In this document: in pieces, positions 11,950 through 24,241 of the stretch
How positions within the stretch are numbered: the stretch's first letter is position 1
Layout: each line of letters begins with the position of its first letter
Assembly (NCBI GenBank): GCA_963575745.1
Contig: CAUYUJ010000271.1
Location: forward strand, 1-64,000
Origin: Prorocentrum cordatum
Taxonomy: Eukaryota
Reading direction: 5' to 3'
DNA: 64,000 bases
Notes under the pieces: model-generated
What the model saw: only the letters and a program-made list of their open reading frames with translations
Databases searched by the model: none
Told to the model about the DNA's origin: nothing
Made by a program: the position numbers and the translations under genes

Positions 11950-12911
11950 CCCAGGTGGACGAACCACAACGACGAAAATAAACGAGTTCGAGCTCTAGAA
12001 CACATTTTTGCAAGAGAATAAACGGTTCCGTAGCCCAGAGGGGGCTGGCTGCCCTGGGAGGCTCGGGAGGGGGCCCGGGGCAGGGGGATCCTGGGAGGCT
12101 CGGGGGAGGAGGGTGGTCCAGGGACGACGAACCACGAACGAACCACGAAAATAAAGGCTTCGGTGGCCCAGGGACTGCCCTGGGAAGCTCGGTGGAAGGC
12201 TCGGGGCAGGGGGATCCTGGGAGGTTCGGGGGAGGGGCGGGATCCAGGAACGACGAACCACGAACGAACCACGAAAATAAAGGCTTCGGCGGCCCAGGGG
12301 GGCGCCACGAAAATAAAGGCTTTGGCGGCCCAGGGGGGCTGCCCTGGGAGGCCCTGGGAGGCTCGGGGGAGCTGCCCTGGGAGGCTCGGGGGGAAGCTCA
12401 GCGGCCTAGGAAGGCTGCTCTGGGAGGCTCGGGAGAGCTGCCTTGGGAAGCTCGGGAGGGGGCTCCGGGCAGGGGGATCCGGGAGAGGAGAGGGGTCCAG
12501 GGACGGCGAACCACGAACGAACCAGGAAAATAAAGGCTTCGGCGGCCCAGGGGGGCTGCCCTGGGAAGCTCGGTGGGAGGCTCGGGGCAGGGGGATCCTG
12601 GGAGGCTCGGGAGAGGAGGGGGGTCCAGGGACGACGAACCACGAACGAACCACGAAAATACAAGCTTCGGCGGCCCAGGGGGGCCTCGGGGGGAAGCTCG
12701 GGGCAGGGGGATCCTGGGAGGCTCGGGAGAGAGGCGGGTGTCCAGGGACGACGAACCACGATCGAACCACGAAAATAAAGGCTTCGGCGGCCCAGGGGGG
12801 CCGGGGAGGCTCGGGGGAGGAGGGGGTCCAGGGACGACGAACCACGAACAAACCACGAAAATAAAGAGGTCCGAACTCTAGAGCACAGCTGTACAAGAGA
12901 ATAAACAATTC
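11950..12911. repeat. Variable-length tandem satellite (~60-130 bp) with GACGACGAACCACGAACGAACCACGAAAATAAAGGCTTCGG core
   Basis: About 7 core copies separated by related ctgggaggctcgg linkers; similar ctctaga...caagagaataaac motifs at both ends. Confidence 0.9.
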
Positions 12912-14120
12912 AACGTTCAAAATTTCTTCCCTTCCTGCCTCAAAATTACGTTTCAATTCCAATCAATTTGCAAAATTCTGTTTCTCTCGCATGTGTTCCC
13001 ATTCGCAAATAAAGAAACGAATTTTTACATACGTATTTCAGTTAATCACAATTTCGCGGTGGCGGCGGGAAAAAATACTAAGGTTGATTCAATATTTCTT
13101 CTTCCGGATAATGTCAAATCCATGTATTGATGGTATGTTGTCAAGTTGTACGTATCCAAAAAAACATTTCAAAATTATATGCGTACATGTGTGTTCAATG
13201 CTTTCATGAATCAAAATTTGTTTGGTCAATGTTTTGTGTTGCATGCGTTTTTGCAGTCTACCGACGCGCATCCAGCCAAAACCTTTATGTATAGTAAGTT
13301 TGTTTGTGGGCGTCGAGTAATCGTTTGTGAGACATTTCGGGGGGGGGAATCTGAGAAAATGATTTTGTTTTAAGAAGTTCTACGCACCTAATCTCTATGT
13401 AATGTATTTTCCCCGGTGGGCTTATTCATTAAAATTAATGATACAGATTTCTGCTGTAAAACATATACACGGCCATGAGCACCACGTATCAAAAATCATC
13501 ACAAAAAGATATATGATAATGATATTTGAGACCCGTATTGGATCCCACGGGGAATTTATTCTGAAATATTTGTTGCGTCAACGGTAATTTCAACAAATTT
13601 GCAATAATGACAATAATGAAACAAGCCCGGTATATTCCGCCGCCGACGTACATAACGTCTGGATGGGTATCTCACACGGTTGCCCAAAAAAACGCAGCCT
13701 CACAATCTTGCGTACGTCCACTTCTATGCTCCATCGTGATAAATACCATAAAATCATCCGGAACGGATTCCCGAATTCGTTTTTCCCCTCCACGCATAAT
13801 TGTGTGGCACTGCTTCTCCCGATGCTCACGGTTCGGACCGCACATACATTCAGAATTGTTTTCAGTTTGTATTTCAGAAATACGCATTATATTGAACGAC
13901 ATGAGATGATTTACCAGCGCTGCCTGCTGCAAGTTCGATGCCCGTTCCGTTTAGGGGGATATTATTTAAAATAATTTTGCGCAGACAGCTCACGCCGCAT
14001 ATGGGCGAAATAATAATTGCGTAAAGCCCTTCCTGGTCTTCATCACCGATCCCGAGCTTCCCCCATGGCACGCTAAAAAGTCTGAAATTAGACCAGCACG
14101 TCTCATTAAATTGTGTTACA

Positions 14121-14121
<1 letters not shown>

Positions 14122-14153
<32 letters not shown>
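14122..14153 (+). repeat. Poly(A) tract (~32 nt) in an AT-rich island
   Basis: Visible. Confidence 0.9.
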
Positions 14154-14155
<2 letters not shown>

Positions 14156-14849
14156 AGTGCAAATACGAATTTCACGTGTCGATTCTTCAGGAAAAATGTT
14201 TAATATGAGTTGGAACTGTGTCTTTCCCGCGAAGTTCACGTGCGAACGTTGCACTTACAAAGAAAAGTCGGTTACTGTTTGGAAAAATCTTTGCGCGATT
14301 ACATGACGCATAATATGTCTACGAATTGTTGCACCGTTGTGTCCGAATGATTTTTGTGTGTGTGCAATGCGCAAATGGTTGGATATTGCAATTGTGTTCG
14401 ATTGTCCAGTCCAAGCTTGGTTCTAAGGACGGGAGACGGCTCACTACAAGACATGCGGGAGTTTTGGTTGGTTGGGACCAAATGAGGGTCGAAGATGGAG
14501 GGACCATCCCAGACTGTCTTAGCTGACAATCAACGACGTCCTCATACAGCTTGGTTTCTGTCGCTCCCAGCCCTCTGTTACATTGTGATGTGACAATTGT
14601 ACCATCTGACACATGCAGGGGCCGAGAACATAGACACCGACCACGAGGCATACGAAAATATATTGGGTCGGTTTCTGTGCTTAGGTGTACGGGAAATGAA
14701 GGTCACAACCTGTTGAATTAGTGGCAATTCTGGCGCGAAAGCAAAAACACACGAGGTTTACACGGTCGCGTCCGTAGAGGAGCAGCGTCAATACAGTTGT
14801 ATCAATGATAAGAGAATTTGGGCACGACCTTACAGAAGGCCGTTGCCAG

Positions 14850-17800
14850 CGCAGTTTTTCACGCGGCTGGGGATCTCCCAACCACGCTCCTCGAGCCGCC
14901 GTGACTGGTGGATGACCTGGAATGCGTTGGCCTGGAATGCGTTTGATCAATGTGGGTTCCTCTTCCTCGAAGCTGCTTGGCTTGCAACGCCGCGTCTATA
15001 TTGCCTTGCCTGGTGCCGTTTGCGTGGGCGCACCTTCGATGCTGTATGAATTCAACGTGGCAAATCGTCCATCAAACATTGAAATATCGGCATTAGTTCT
15101 CTTGTTGCCACGGTTACTTTTGCACCAACCGTCCAGTCTGGAACTGGCGTTGTAGTTTGACGATGGCCACTAAGAGAAATTCTTGGACTCGGCCGGTATG
15201 GCTATACCAAAATCAACTGCTAAACGTTGCAACCACGTCCTGAAAACAAAAAATAGACTAAATCTTGCGGCTAGTACTACTCGGCACATTAAGCCATGCT
15301 GCTCGCTTGAGATCTCATAATGGTATAACTCTCGACACCGACGCTACGCTACAAAAATTTACACATCCGCGCCTTCGACCACAACAGCATGTTCAAGCTT
15401 ACCCTGCCGACCTACAAACATTCCAGCTTGTCACGTTGGTGGAGTTGGATCGCAACACTTTCGAGAATGTATTAACTCCAGCAAGCTAGACGTGGGTTAT
15501 CTGCAGGTTCGTGGGGCATTACAAAATATGCCTAGAGCGGTATGTTGCTCTGAAGCCTTTTGTGCTGCTGCTGAGTGAGTCGGCCGTGCACAACTGCCCG
15601 AACCCATTCTGAAAAACATGCACCATGCACGTCGCATCCATTACCGCACTCAAGAAGCCGAACAACAAAAGCAGAGAAATATCTTCTGGCGACTCCTTTC
15701 GGCGATTGGTGGCGAAAACAATAGCACGGCAATACCAATAATATTTCTGCACCGTTGTTTCTTTCACCTTTGAACTTATGCAACAAAAGCGACACGGATA
15801 CAGCAATGCACCTCGGTATCTATCACAAGCATACCCACACAAAATGATCATGAGTATCGACAGAACGGGTGCCTTCGATCACGTCCGCAGGGCTGCGATG
15901 TTCGAACAACTGTTGGGCGTGCCAGTCGGAGATTTTATGGACGGATGACAACCGAAAAAGCGCACACCATCACACAAGCAGATGGCGGAGAACAAGGAAA
16001 CAGGCTCATGCCCGCACTGTTCTGCCTTGCCCTCCACCCAGCACTCACTCAAATCCGACACCACCTCCCCCCAGATATTGAAATGATGGCATGTCTTGAC
16101 GACTTTTGCATTGTGCGCGAACCAGAATAGTGTGCAGATTTGTTGGGCTACGTCAAACAAATGCTGTGGGACTATTGCCGCATCAACACGAACTTGGGGA
16201 AACTGGTGGTGTGGGGTGCGACGCCGGCCGCGTGCCCAAACGACCTTCGAGCATGTGCGCCGGACGCTTGGCGGTCCGATCAGCCGCTCCCGGAACGCGG
16301 GATGAAGATATCGGGGTCGCCTGCTGGGAGCGCTGCCTACATTATCCTCCTCCTCCTCCCCCTCCTCCTCCTCCTGCTCCTCCTCCTCCGCCTCCTCCTC
16401 CTCCTCCTCCCCTCCGCTCCCGGAACGCGGGATGAAGATGTCGGGGTCGCCTTCTGGGAGCGCTGCCTACATTGATACTTCTGGGGCCGCGCTGGCTGAA
16501 ACGAGGACGAAGCTGCTTCACTATTTACCCAAGTTCACCTTGTTGCAAGTCATTTGGCTCTTACTGTATTTTTGTGCCGCGCCCAGAATGATGCACGTGC
16601 TCCGCACCACTCCACCGGCGCTCGCATACCTTAGCCGAGACACACGACACGACCATCTTACGTACTTTTCCCGAAATCTTCAACATACCGCCAGAGGATT
16701 CGTGGAGGACAGAATTTCACGGGATTGTATACGACACTTGGTTGGAACAAGCGAGGTTGCCTTTGAGGCTGGCAGTTGCGGGCTTACGTGACGCGCGTTG
16801 GACAAGTCCAGGCGCATACTGGGCAAGCTGGGCAGAAGCACTACCGGAACTCTTGCGCAGATTCCCGACTGTTGCGGATCACGTCTTATTCCACCGCACC
16901 ACGCTTTCCAGAGATGCCCGCGACGCAGCCCTGAGCAGCCTTACGTGTTTGAGTGCCGCTGAACAAGCCGTCCACCTCTGCGAAGACGCTAGTTGTAGCA
17001 CTCGCCCTACTTGGTTGGAAGTGGCATCTGGCATTCAACCCACTACTGTGGACGACTGTGTAATGCTGGAGGAGTGGAAACATGGCTGGCAATACCACGC
17101 CTCCAACGCTCGGGAACTGGCCGCCCACAGGCGTCTCCTTCGCAACTTAGCCCCTCCAGGTGCACGCTCGAACGCAGCATCCCAAGGGAAAGCCAGGGTT
17201 CACTCTAGTATGGGTCCATTCGCAGCGGCATTGCCACTGATGGGTCCTACTACGCTAGCGCTTCGTTCCAAAACGCGGATATGCGGTGTGAAATGTGTCG
17301 ACGACTAGGGGTAGCAGTGTCCTTCGATGGCCCAAATCCACATGGGTACGCTCGCTTAGTGGAAGGACTGGGCGGCCGGTTGCACACCCGCCACAGAGAA
17401 ATGCCGCATAGAGGCAAGTGCTACAGATCAGAATGCGGAGCGGCTTTTTACAACAACAAATATCCCGGTACCTCCAGACGATCTGCGCCGATTGGATCTG
17501 GCAGTTCCTGGCTTACGCAGTCGCCAGGGGCTCCCACTATTCTGCGATGCCACAGCGGTCAGCCATGATTATATCTGGGACCGGCACGCTGCGATCAGGA
17601 ACCAGCAACCAGGGTGGATAATTAGTGCAACGGGCAGAAACTAGGACTAGGAACGACAACGACTACCCAGAAGTACTTTCTAGTGTGTTGGGTGTGCTCT
17701 TGTGCCTCGACACGGAAATCAGCCGATCCAGCGTGTGAGTTTCAAAGGCCCTCAGAACAGCCTGAGCCTCAATTCCTGAGCTTCAGCTCCACTGGGGGGT

Positions 17801-19030
17801 GGGTGCCGGTGTGGCTCTGCCGGGGCAGGGGGGCGGGGGGGGTGATTCGATGTAATTCCCGGGCCGGAATCGGAGCTCCAGCTCACTCCGGGACGGCCCC
17901 CTCGCCCAGGAGGGCCCCAACATGGGCCAAGAGGACCCCGAGTCGCCGAACGCTCGCTACAATACGCCCAAGATGTCCCCAAGACGGCTCCAGAAGCCTC
18001 TATGATGCCCTCAGAAGCCCTGAAAAAAAAGGCCTCCAAAAGAAGGCCCAAAAAGCAAAAAGTCTCGCATTCCCTAAGGAAAACATGCAATGTAAGCATA
18101 TTCGCCTCCTGGGTCTTCAGAGCGTTGCTGACGCCCCAGGAGAGCTCCAAAACCGCCCAAGAAGCCGCCAAGAGGGCTCCAAAACGGCCCAAGAAGGGCC
18201 CAAGACGGCCCAGGAGGCCCCCAGAAAGGCCCAAGAGGGCCCCAGGACGGGCCCAAGAAGCGCCAAGACGGCGGAAGAAGTGCCGAAGACGGCCCAAGAA
18301 GCCCCCAGCAGGCCCCCAGAGGCCCCCAAGAGGCCTGAAGAGGCCCCAAAACGCTTCCAACTGGCCCTGAAGCGGCCCCCTGAAGTCCCCGAAAGGCCCC
18401 CGAGAGTCTCAAACAATGCATCCAAGACGCCTTCTAGAGGCCTCCAAGCTGCCTCCAGGAAACCCCCGAGAAGCCAAAAAACAGGCCCCGATGCTTACCC
18501 ATCCTCGTCATGCTCCTCCTTCTCCCCCTCCCCTTCTTCCACTTCCCGCTTCCTCCTGCTCCTCCTCATCCTCAGCATCATGCTACTCCTGCCCCTCCCC
18601 CCTCCACCCCCCTCCACCTCATCATGATCCTCCTCCTCCTCCTCCTCCTCCTCCTCCTCCTCCTCCTCCTCCTCCTCCTCCTCCTCATCACACCCCGTTG
18701 TCTCCATTCCAAATTCTCATCATCATCACCGCTCGCCGTCGTCGCCGGTCATGACCGCCATCGTGCGCTTCCGGCAGCACAGGCCGGAGGCCACTACACT
18801 ATGCGGGCGATGGGGCGCCAGGCAATTCATTCTGTGCCGGAACTGGCTTCTGCCCGCGTGGAAGGTATGCACAAAAGGGGGTCTACAACATCGCTGGTGG
18901 GGAATATCGGGGTGGCATTGCAAGCAGCTGTCGCCCGGGCCGTGCGACATGACGCTGCAGATCTGCTAGTCACTCAACTGGAGCCGTCGCCCCCCTCGGG
19001 CACCTGGAGGTTAGCCAGCAGTGAGTGAGG
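14850..19030 (+). mobile_element. Degenerate non-LTR retrotransposon, CRE-like, RT plus restriction-like endonuclease
   Basis: Fragments in order: LLLPRLLLH; ITALKKPNNKSREISSGDSFRRLVAKTIARQ; SIDRTGAFDHVRRAAM; QADGGEQGNRLMPALF; ACLDD; LPLRLAVAGLRD...AYWASW; GWQYHAS; DLRRLDLAVPG...LFCDATAVS; YPEV; and after an insertion GRWG, RWWGI, VALQAAVARAV. Many stops and frameshifts; 5' limit approximate. Confidence 0.88.
17719..18801 (+). mobile_element. Non-autonomous CCAAGA-rich element, Helitron-like ends, nested in the retrotransposon
   Basis: A|TCAGCC...CTACACTA|T; hairpin tccggc-agcacag-gccgga at 18770-18788; splits the endonuclease region. Confidence 0.65.
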
Positions 19031-19736
19031 TGGTGCTCTCCTCCTCCTCCTCCTCCTCCTCCTCCTCCTCCTCCTCCTCCTCCTCCTCCTGACGTGGCCT
19101 CAGGTCACGTTTGAAGTCGGCTTAAGGCGACCCTTGCGCCCTCTGTTGCTAGATAGGCCCACACCAGGGGCGAGGCTTGGCGCCGTCCTGGCGTTCTCTA
19201 CGCCAGGAGTAGCTGTGCCTCGTCATCCTGGCATCGCCACGTGACTATCTCGTGCGTGTGCATGTGCGTGCGCGCGCTGTGTCTGCACGTGTGTCAGGCA
19301 CCCCGCCTCAGGGGGAAGGTCGTTCTCCCGGACAAGGCCCTTCATTGCCCTTTTCAGCGTCGGCAGCGATCTGCCGTCTCTGTGGCTCTGGCTCTGCCTC
19401 GGCCGCAGTGGATCAGATAAGTGGTTCAGCGCCACGAGGTTTCGGATTAGGGTCGGGTCAGACAACCCTTAGCCTCCCTCATCATCCAAATGATGGTCCT
19501 CCTCCTCCTCCTCCTTCTACTCCTCCTCCTCCTCCTCCTCTTTCTCCTCCTCCTCCTCCTCCTCCTCCCGTTACTCTGCTTAGCCGTGCGCTCTGGCTTC
19601 ACAGTGCTTCACCCTGTGCTGGTTTGCGGGGCGGCGCTTAGAGAAGCGGGATCGATGCTGCGGTCGCCGCGGAACAAAGAACAAACTCTGGTCGTGTGGC
19701 TTACGCGTTGTGCCGCAAATGGTTTCTAAGTGTTTG

Positions 19737-19900
19737 ACTACCTACCAGACCACCCCAACCCAACCCGAAGACCCGAATTTCGGGTTGGGGGGCTTAAGGG
19801 TTCCACCTGTGTTTTTTCGATGTTTCGCGACACCCCCACCACTGGAAATCGAGGGTAAATCTGAACCTTCGGGTTGGGTTGGGGTGGTTTGGTGGGTGGT
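19737..19900. mobile_element. MITE with ~34-bp TIRs
   Basis: actacctaccagaccaccccaacccaacccgaag ... cttcgggttgggttggggtggtttggtgggtggt. Confidence 0.8.
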
Positions 19901-22342
19901 GAGATTTTTGGCTCAACTTGCGGCCTTCTGATCCCGCTTACCCTCCTAATCCTCCTCCGAACAGCCCCGTGCGTGAGCACCTCCTGCTTGTCGGACGCGG
20001 TTGGAGGCCATGCAACTCCACATGGGGATGTCCACATCGGGATGGCCGAAATGACGGGGGGGGCGGCGACAGGCCGCCACTTTTGCAAGACAACCGACGC
20101 TCAAAACATTACCAAACCACCGTCTCAGCTCAAATTCTAGCTCAATTTGCTTCAACTCGGGCGCAATGGCGCGCGCTTCTAAGATGAACGGGCGGGGGAG
20201 AGCCTCCCGGGTAGCACGGGGTTCGCTTCCCTCCTGGCCCTCGCTTCCAAGGTCACGAAAGGGAAAGCGCGTGGTCCTTTTGTGGGGTTCCGCTCGCAGG
20301 CTGAGGGCCACCCCGCTGCGGACGCCCGTCGCATCATCGAGGGTGGGGCTAGGGCACCTGTCAGCCGCTGCCCACAGAGCTGGCCACCAGCTAGCCACGC
20401 TCAACATGCGGCGCGTGCTGCGCACCGCCTGCTAAGCCCGGAAGTGCGGCGGCTGGTGCTGCCCCTACGGGCTCGGGGGTTCCAACCGCCCAACCCACGC
20501 AGGTAGCCAGCCTCCGATTTGGCTGGCCGCGCCCGCCATGGCAGTGTGAAACCATGCGCGGTCCATATCATGCGGCCACGGGGCGCGCTTCAGACCTCCT
20601 GCAGGGCAACCGCAGCACTTGGTTCGAGTTTCGCGGGGCTGGGAGGCGAAGATTGCGGAGCCACCCGGAAAACCGCTTCGACTGAACCTACAGTCTAAGA
20701 TACACAAGCTACATGGTAGCCAGCGCGGCACCTAAACAATATACGTGTGTTCTAACACGTTATGGTTTGCCATGCATGTTGTAGTATGTGAAGTACAATG
20801 AGAGGTGCAATGCGTATTGTGCATTGTGCGTCGTGCAATATATGTGGTGCAATCTGTATTATGCAATCTATGGTATGCAAAATATGTTGTTCACTGTATC
20901 GGCGCTGCCCAATCTATATTGTGCAGTCTGTGTGGTGCGCATTGTATACGTTGCAATCGATGTGGTGCAGAGTAATTGGTGCAACCCGTGTTGTGCATTC
21001 AATGCCGTGCACAGACGTGGTGCAAGATGGGTTGTCCAATCTATACTATACGATGTACGCTGAGCAATCTACCAACGCCCAAATTGATGTTCACAACTCC
21101 ACCGCTCGCGCAACCATCCCGAGCACCCACCACAACTTGGTTCGAAAACGCCATGCGGAGGCGATTGCCATGATTGCTTGCTTGGTATTGGCTGGTGCAT
21201 CTCTGCGGCCGCGCCAGCCCGCGCATGCACGCGCGCGCAACGGCCGGGGCGGCGGTGACCACTGGGCATACCCCAGCGGGCACTTCAATGCGAGTCGGCG
21301 AGTCGAGCGGGCGCGGTATCATGGCAACGTCGACAACGGTAGCCACGATGATGATAGCAACGATGCTGGTGGCGATGTTGACAGCGACGACGGCACGGCC
21401 AGTGACGGCACCGATGCTGATCACGCCGACGACGATGACGGCGTCCTCGCGTCGGTGATGAAGGTTTTCGAAGGAGTTCGACATGCGCGCAAGGCCGACG
21501 CGCGAGAGCGGCCTGCATGGTGTAATTTGGCACGGATCGTGCCCCCCCGAACACGCGCGCAAGGGCGTTCGAATAGTTTCGGCATGCGGCGCGAGTCCCG
21601 TTTGGCAGGAATTAATGAACAGGTTAAACAACCTAAAGATTCGCAAGAGCGCGGGCGCAGGTCTTTTGGAAAACTGCTGTTGGGGATGTCTTGCTCTAAA
21701 ACGAAACAATCGGGACGCTGGAGTTTGACATCCTTACGCAAACTGGGGTTTTTGATGGGCTTCGGCATGCGCGCGCGCGAGGACGCGCGGGTGTGCACTT
21801 TGTCCCGTTTTTTGTACAAGGATCCTTGTGACAGCACGCGCGCAAGGGCGCATGAACGATTTTGACATGCGCGCGCGAAACCCTTTGTGGTAGCATTCTA
21901 TGAAAATGAAAGAATGCGCAAAGAGCGCGAGCGCGAGCTTTCGTAAACAGCACTTTTTGAAACCATGTGCTGGGGGGCAAACTTGCGACATTGCCCGGAG
22001 TTCGCCAGTCGAGCCTCCGGGCTGCTGGACGGCCACCCGTCGGGGGCTCTGCCCGCAGAGCCTCCTGATCCCATCGGAGCGGCGGCCACAATGCTTTCGG
22101 TGGTGCTTGTATGTTTTTGTCCCCCCTCCCCCCGCGCTTTGCATGTGTACTGGGCGGTCCTGCGTTATGCTTCTGTGCCCTCGGGCTTCTGCCCAGGCGT
22201 CGTTTCCCGACCGTTAACTCTTGTCCCAGGCTCCCATGCTGGAGTGGTCCTCTGTCCCGGGTAGCCGCCGTTGCCACTCCCACCTGCGCCTCGCATGTCA
22301 AGTGGTACTGCCGCAGTGTTTCGTCATTCCCTCCTTTGTCTC

Positions 22343-22501
22343 TTACCAGCCTGGAACATATCCCTATCCCTATGCTGGGCACCTCCTCATCACGATGCCA
22401 ACCTTAGGGATTCCCTTATTTTTTGAGGGCGGATCCCTAAGATTGTCATCGCCTTTCGGCGTGTCATATCTTAGGGATAGGGATACGTTCGAGGCTGGTA
22501 A
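22343..22501. mobile_element. MITE with ~30-bp TIRs and 5-bp TSD GTCTC
   Basis: gtctc|ttaccagcctggaacatatccctatcccta...tagggatagggatacgttcgaggctggtaa|gtctc. Confidence 0.8.
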
Positions 22502-23135
22502 GTCTCCTGGTCTTTCCCTCTTTTTCCCCCGTCTGTCCCCTCACGGTTGCCCCCCCCCTGTGAATGTCGCTGGCGATCGATCCCCTGATGGGTGGATCCA
22601 GCGTCTCCCCGCAGCGTGGAGTGGGCCGGCCCGCGCGCTTCCTCGACCCTCTCTACGCCGCGACACCGTGCGACGGCAAAATGTGTGTATGTGCGTGTGT
22701 CCCTTGAGGGGCAGGCAGCGTGCGCGTCTCTCGTTTGGGGACGTTCTCCGCCTCGTCGCTGCACACGGGGCCGCGATCGCCAAAAAGTGTGTGTGTATAC
22801 ATATATATATATATATATAGATGTGTGTGTATGTATATGTGTGTGGACTTGCCCTACGCTGTGTGTAATGGCGTCCAACTGCATCGACCTTTGCATCTGT
22901 ACCGCTCGACTGGTGTCTCGTCGGGCCGCTGACGCGAAATGTGTGCACTGAGGAGGAGGAGGACTCGAGCTCCAATGACTCCACCGAGAAAACGAAGGAG
23001 CGACGACTTAACATGAAAAAAAGCGGTAGTCTAGAGCCGCGTGGGATGTCACCGCTTAGGGGGATCCCAGTTCGAGGGTGGCCTGCGAAGCGGGGGACGA
23101 GGGAGAGGGAAAGCAGGAAGGGGGGGCATCATCAT

Positions 23136-23305
23136 CGGGGACGAACTGCCGACATAAACATGCGCTCTTCCGAAGGCCCGCGCGGATGCCCTGGATCGGT
23201 GCTGGACCCCCCTCCCTGGCGCGCGCAACGCGCAAAAAGGCCAGCGCCGGAGGCGCTGCCACGGAGCTCCGGCGCCGACCCGAGAAATCCGCGCGGACCT
23301 CCGCC
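23136..23305. mobile_element. Diverged, truncated copy of the 36036-36238 MITE family
   Basis: gacataaac...ccgcgcgga...gatcgg...ccgagaaatccgcgcggacctccg, then runs into (CCT)n. Confidence 0.65.
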
Positions 23306-23520
23306 TCCTCCTCCTCCTCCTCCTCCTCCTCCTCCTCCTCCTCCTCCGCCATGCCGCTGATCCCCGGCCTCGCCAGGGGTGCGTCTGGACGCGGACTTCG
23401 AGGCGACTCCGGCCGCGTCGACGAGAGCCTGCCAGGAGGCCCCGGAGGAGCGAAGCCGGGGGAAGAGCCGCGGAAACGACGACGAGGGCAAGTTGAGCAG
23501 GGGCCGACCGTCCCAGCACT

Positions 23521-23697
23521 CCTATAGTCCTACCACGAAATGTTCTTAGAACCCAAAGATGTTACAAGAACAAGAACAGTGTCCTCAGAGCATTCACCCG
23601 ATGTCTTAAAACAAAACGCTCCCAGCCAGAAATGCTCTAAGAACATGTTGTGGAAGCCTCAAAAGGTTCTTAGAACATTGCTTGGTAGGGCTACAGG
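23521..23697. mobile_element. MITE-like element with inverted ends
   Basis: cctatagtcctacca ... tggtagggctacagg; gttcttagaac near both ends. Confidence 0.7.
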
Positions 23698-24134
23698 CGA
23701 GCCAGGACGCTTCGCCACTGCTTGATGGCGAGGGAGCCGGACAGGGGGAGGGCGAGGCGGGCGCCCAGGTGACCCCCGGAGCCCGCGGGCGCACGCGACG
23801 GGCGCACGCGGAGCCGGAGCGGAGGGGGGGGCGAGGAGGAGGAGGAGGCTGAGGAGGAGGAGGAGGAAGAGGAGGCGGAGGGAGGAGGGAGGAGGGAGGA
23901 GGGAGTAGGGAGGAGGGAGGGAGGAGGAGGAGGAGGCGGAGGAGGAGGAGGAGGAGGAGGAGGCGGAGGAGGAGGAGGAGGCCGTCTGGGCGAGGCCGCG
24001 CGCAGCCACGCGTGCGGGGCGTCACGACTGGCTCTCCCACTGCTCCTCCCAGGGAGGGAACGGCCCAGGCGCCATCCACAGCAAGTTAGGAGGCAGCTGC
24101 TGGGAGGTTTTCGTCGGGAGGACTAGGGAGGATG

Positions 24135-24215
24135 CCGGATTAGACGGGATTAAGTGGGATTAAGCCGGATGAAGCGGGATAAAGCGGGATTAAGCCGGAT
24201 TAAACGGGATTCCGG
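24135..24215. repeat. 10-bp minisatellite (GGATTAAGCG-like)
   Basis: About 8 copies visible. Confidence 0.85.
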
Positions 24216-24241
24216 ACAAGGGCTAAATCAGAATTTGACCT

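Noticed and set aside
11950..12911. CRISPR-like repeat-spacer look
   Set aside because: Spacers resemble each other and vary widely in length, there are no cas genes, and the context is eukaryotic.
17683..18627. KTAQEAP repeat proteins (also at 32.2, 41.0 and 62.5 kb)
   Set aside because: Translation of the CCAAGA-rich interior of the mobile elements.
22941..23527. Plus-strand gene (EEEEDSSSNDSTEK...)
   Set aside because: Flanking intervening sequences read CT...AC/GC/TC on plus, which indicates minus-strand introns.
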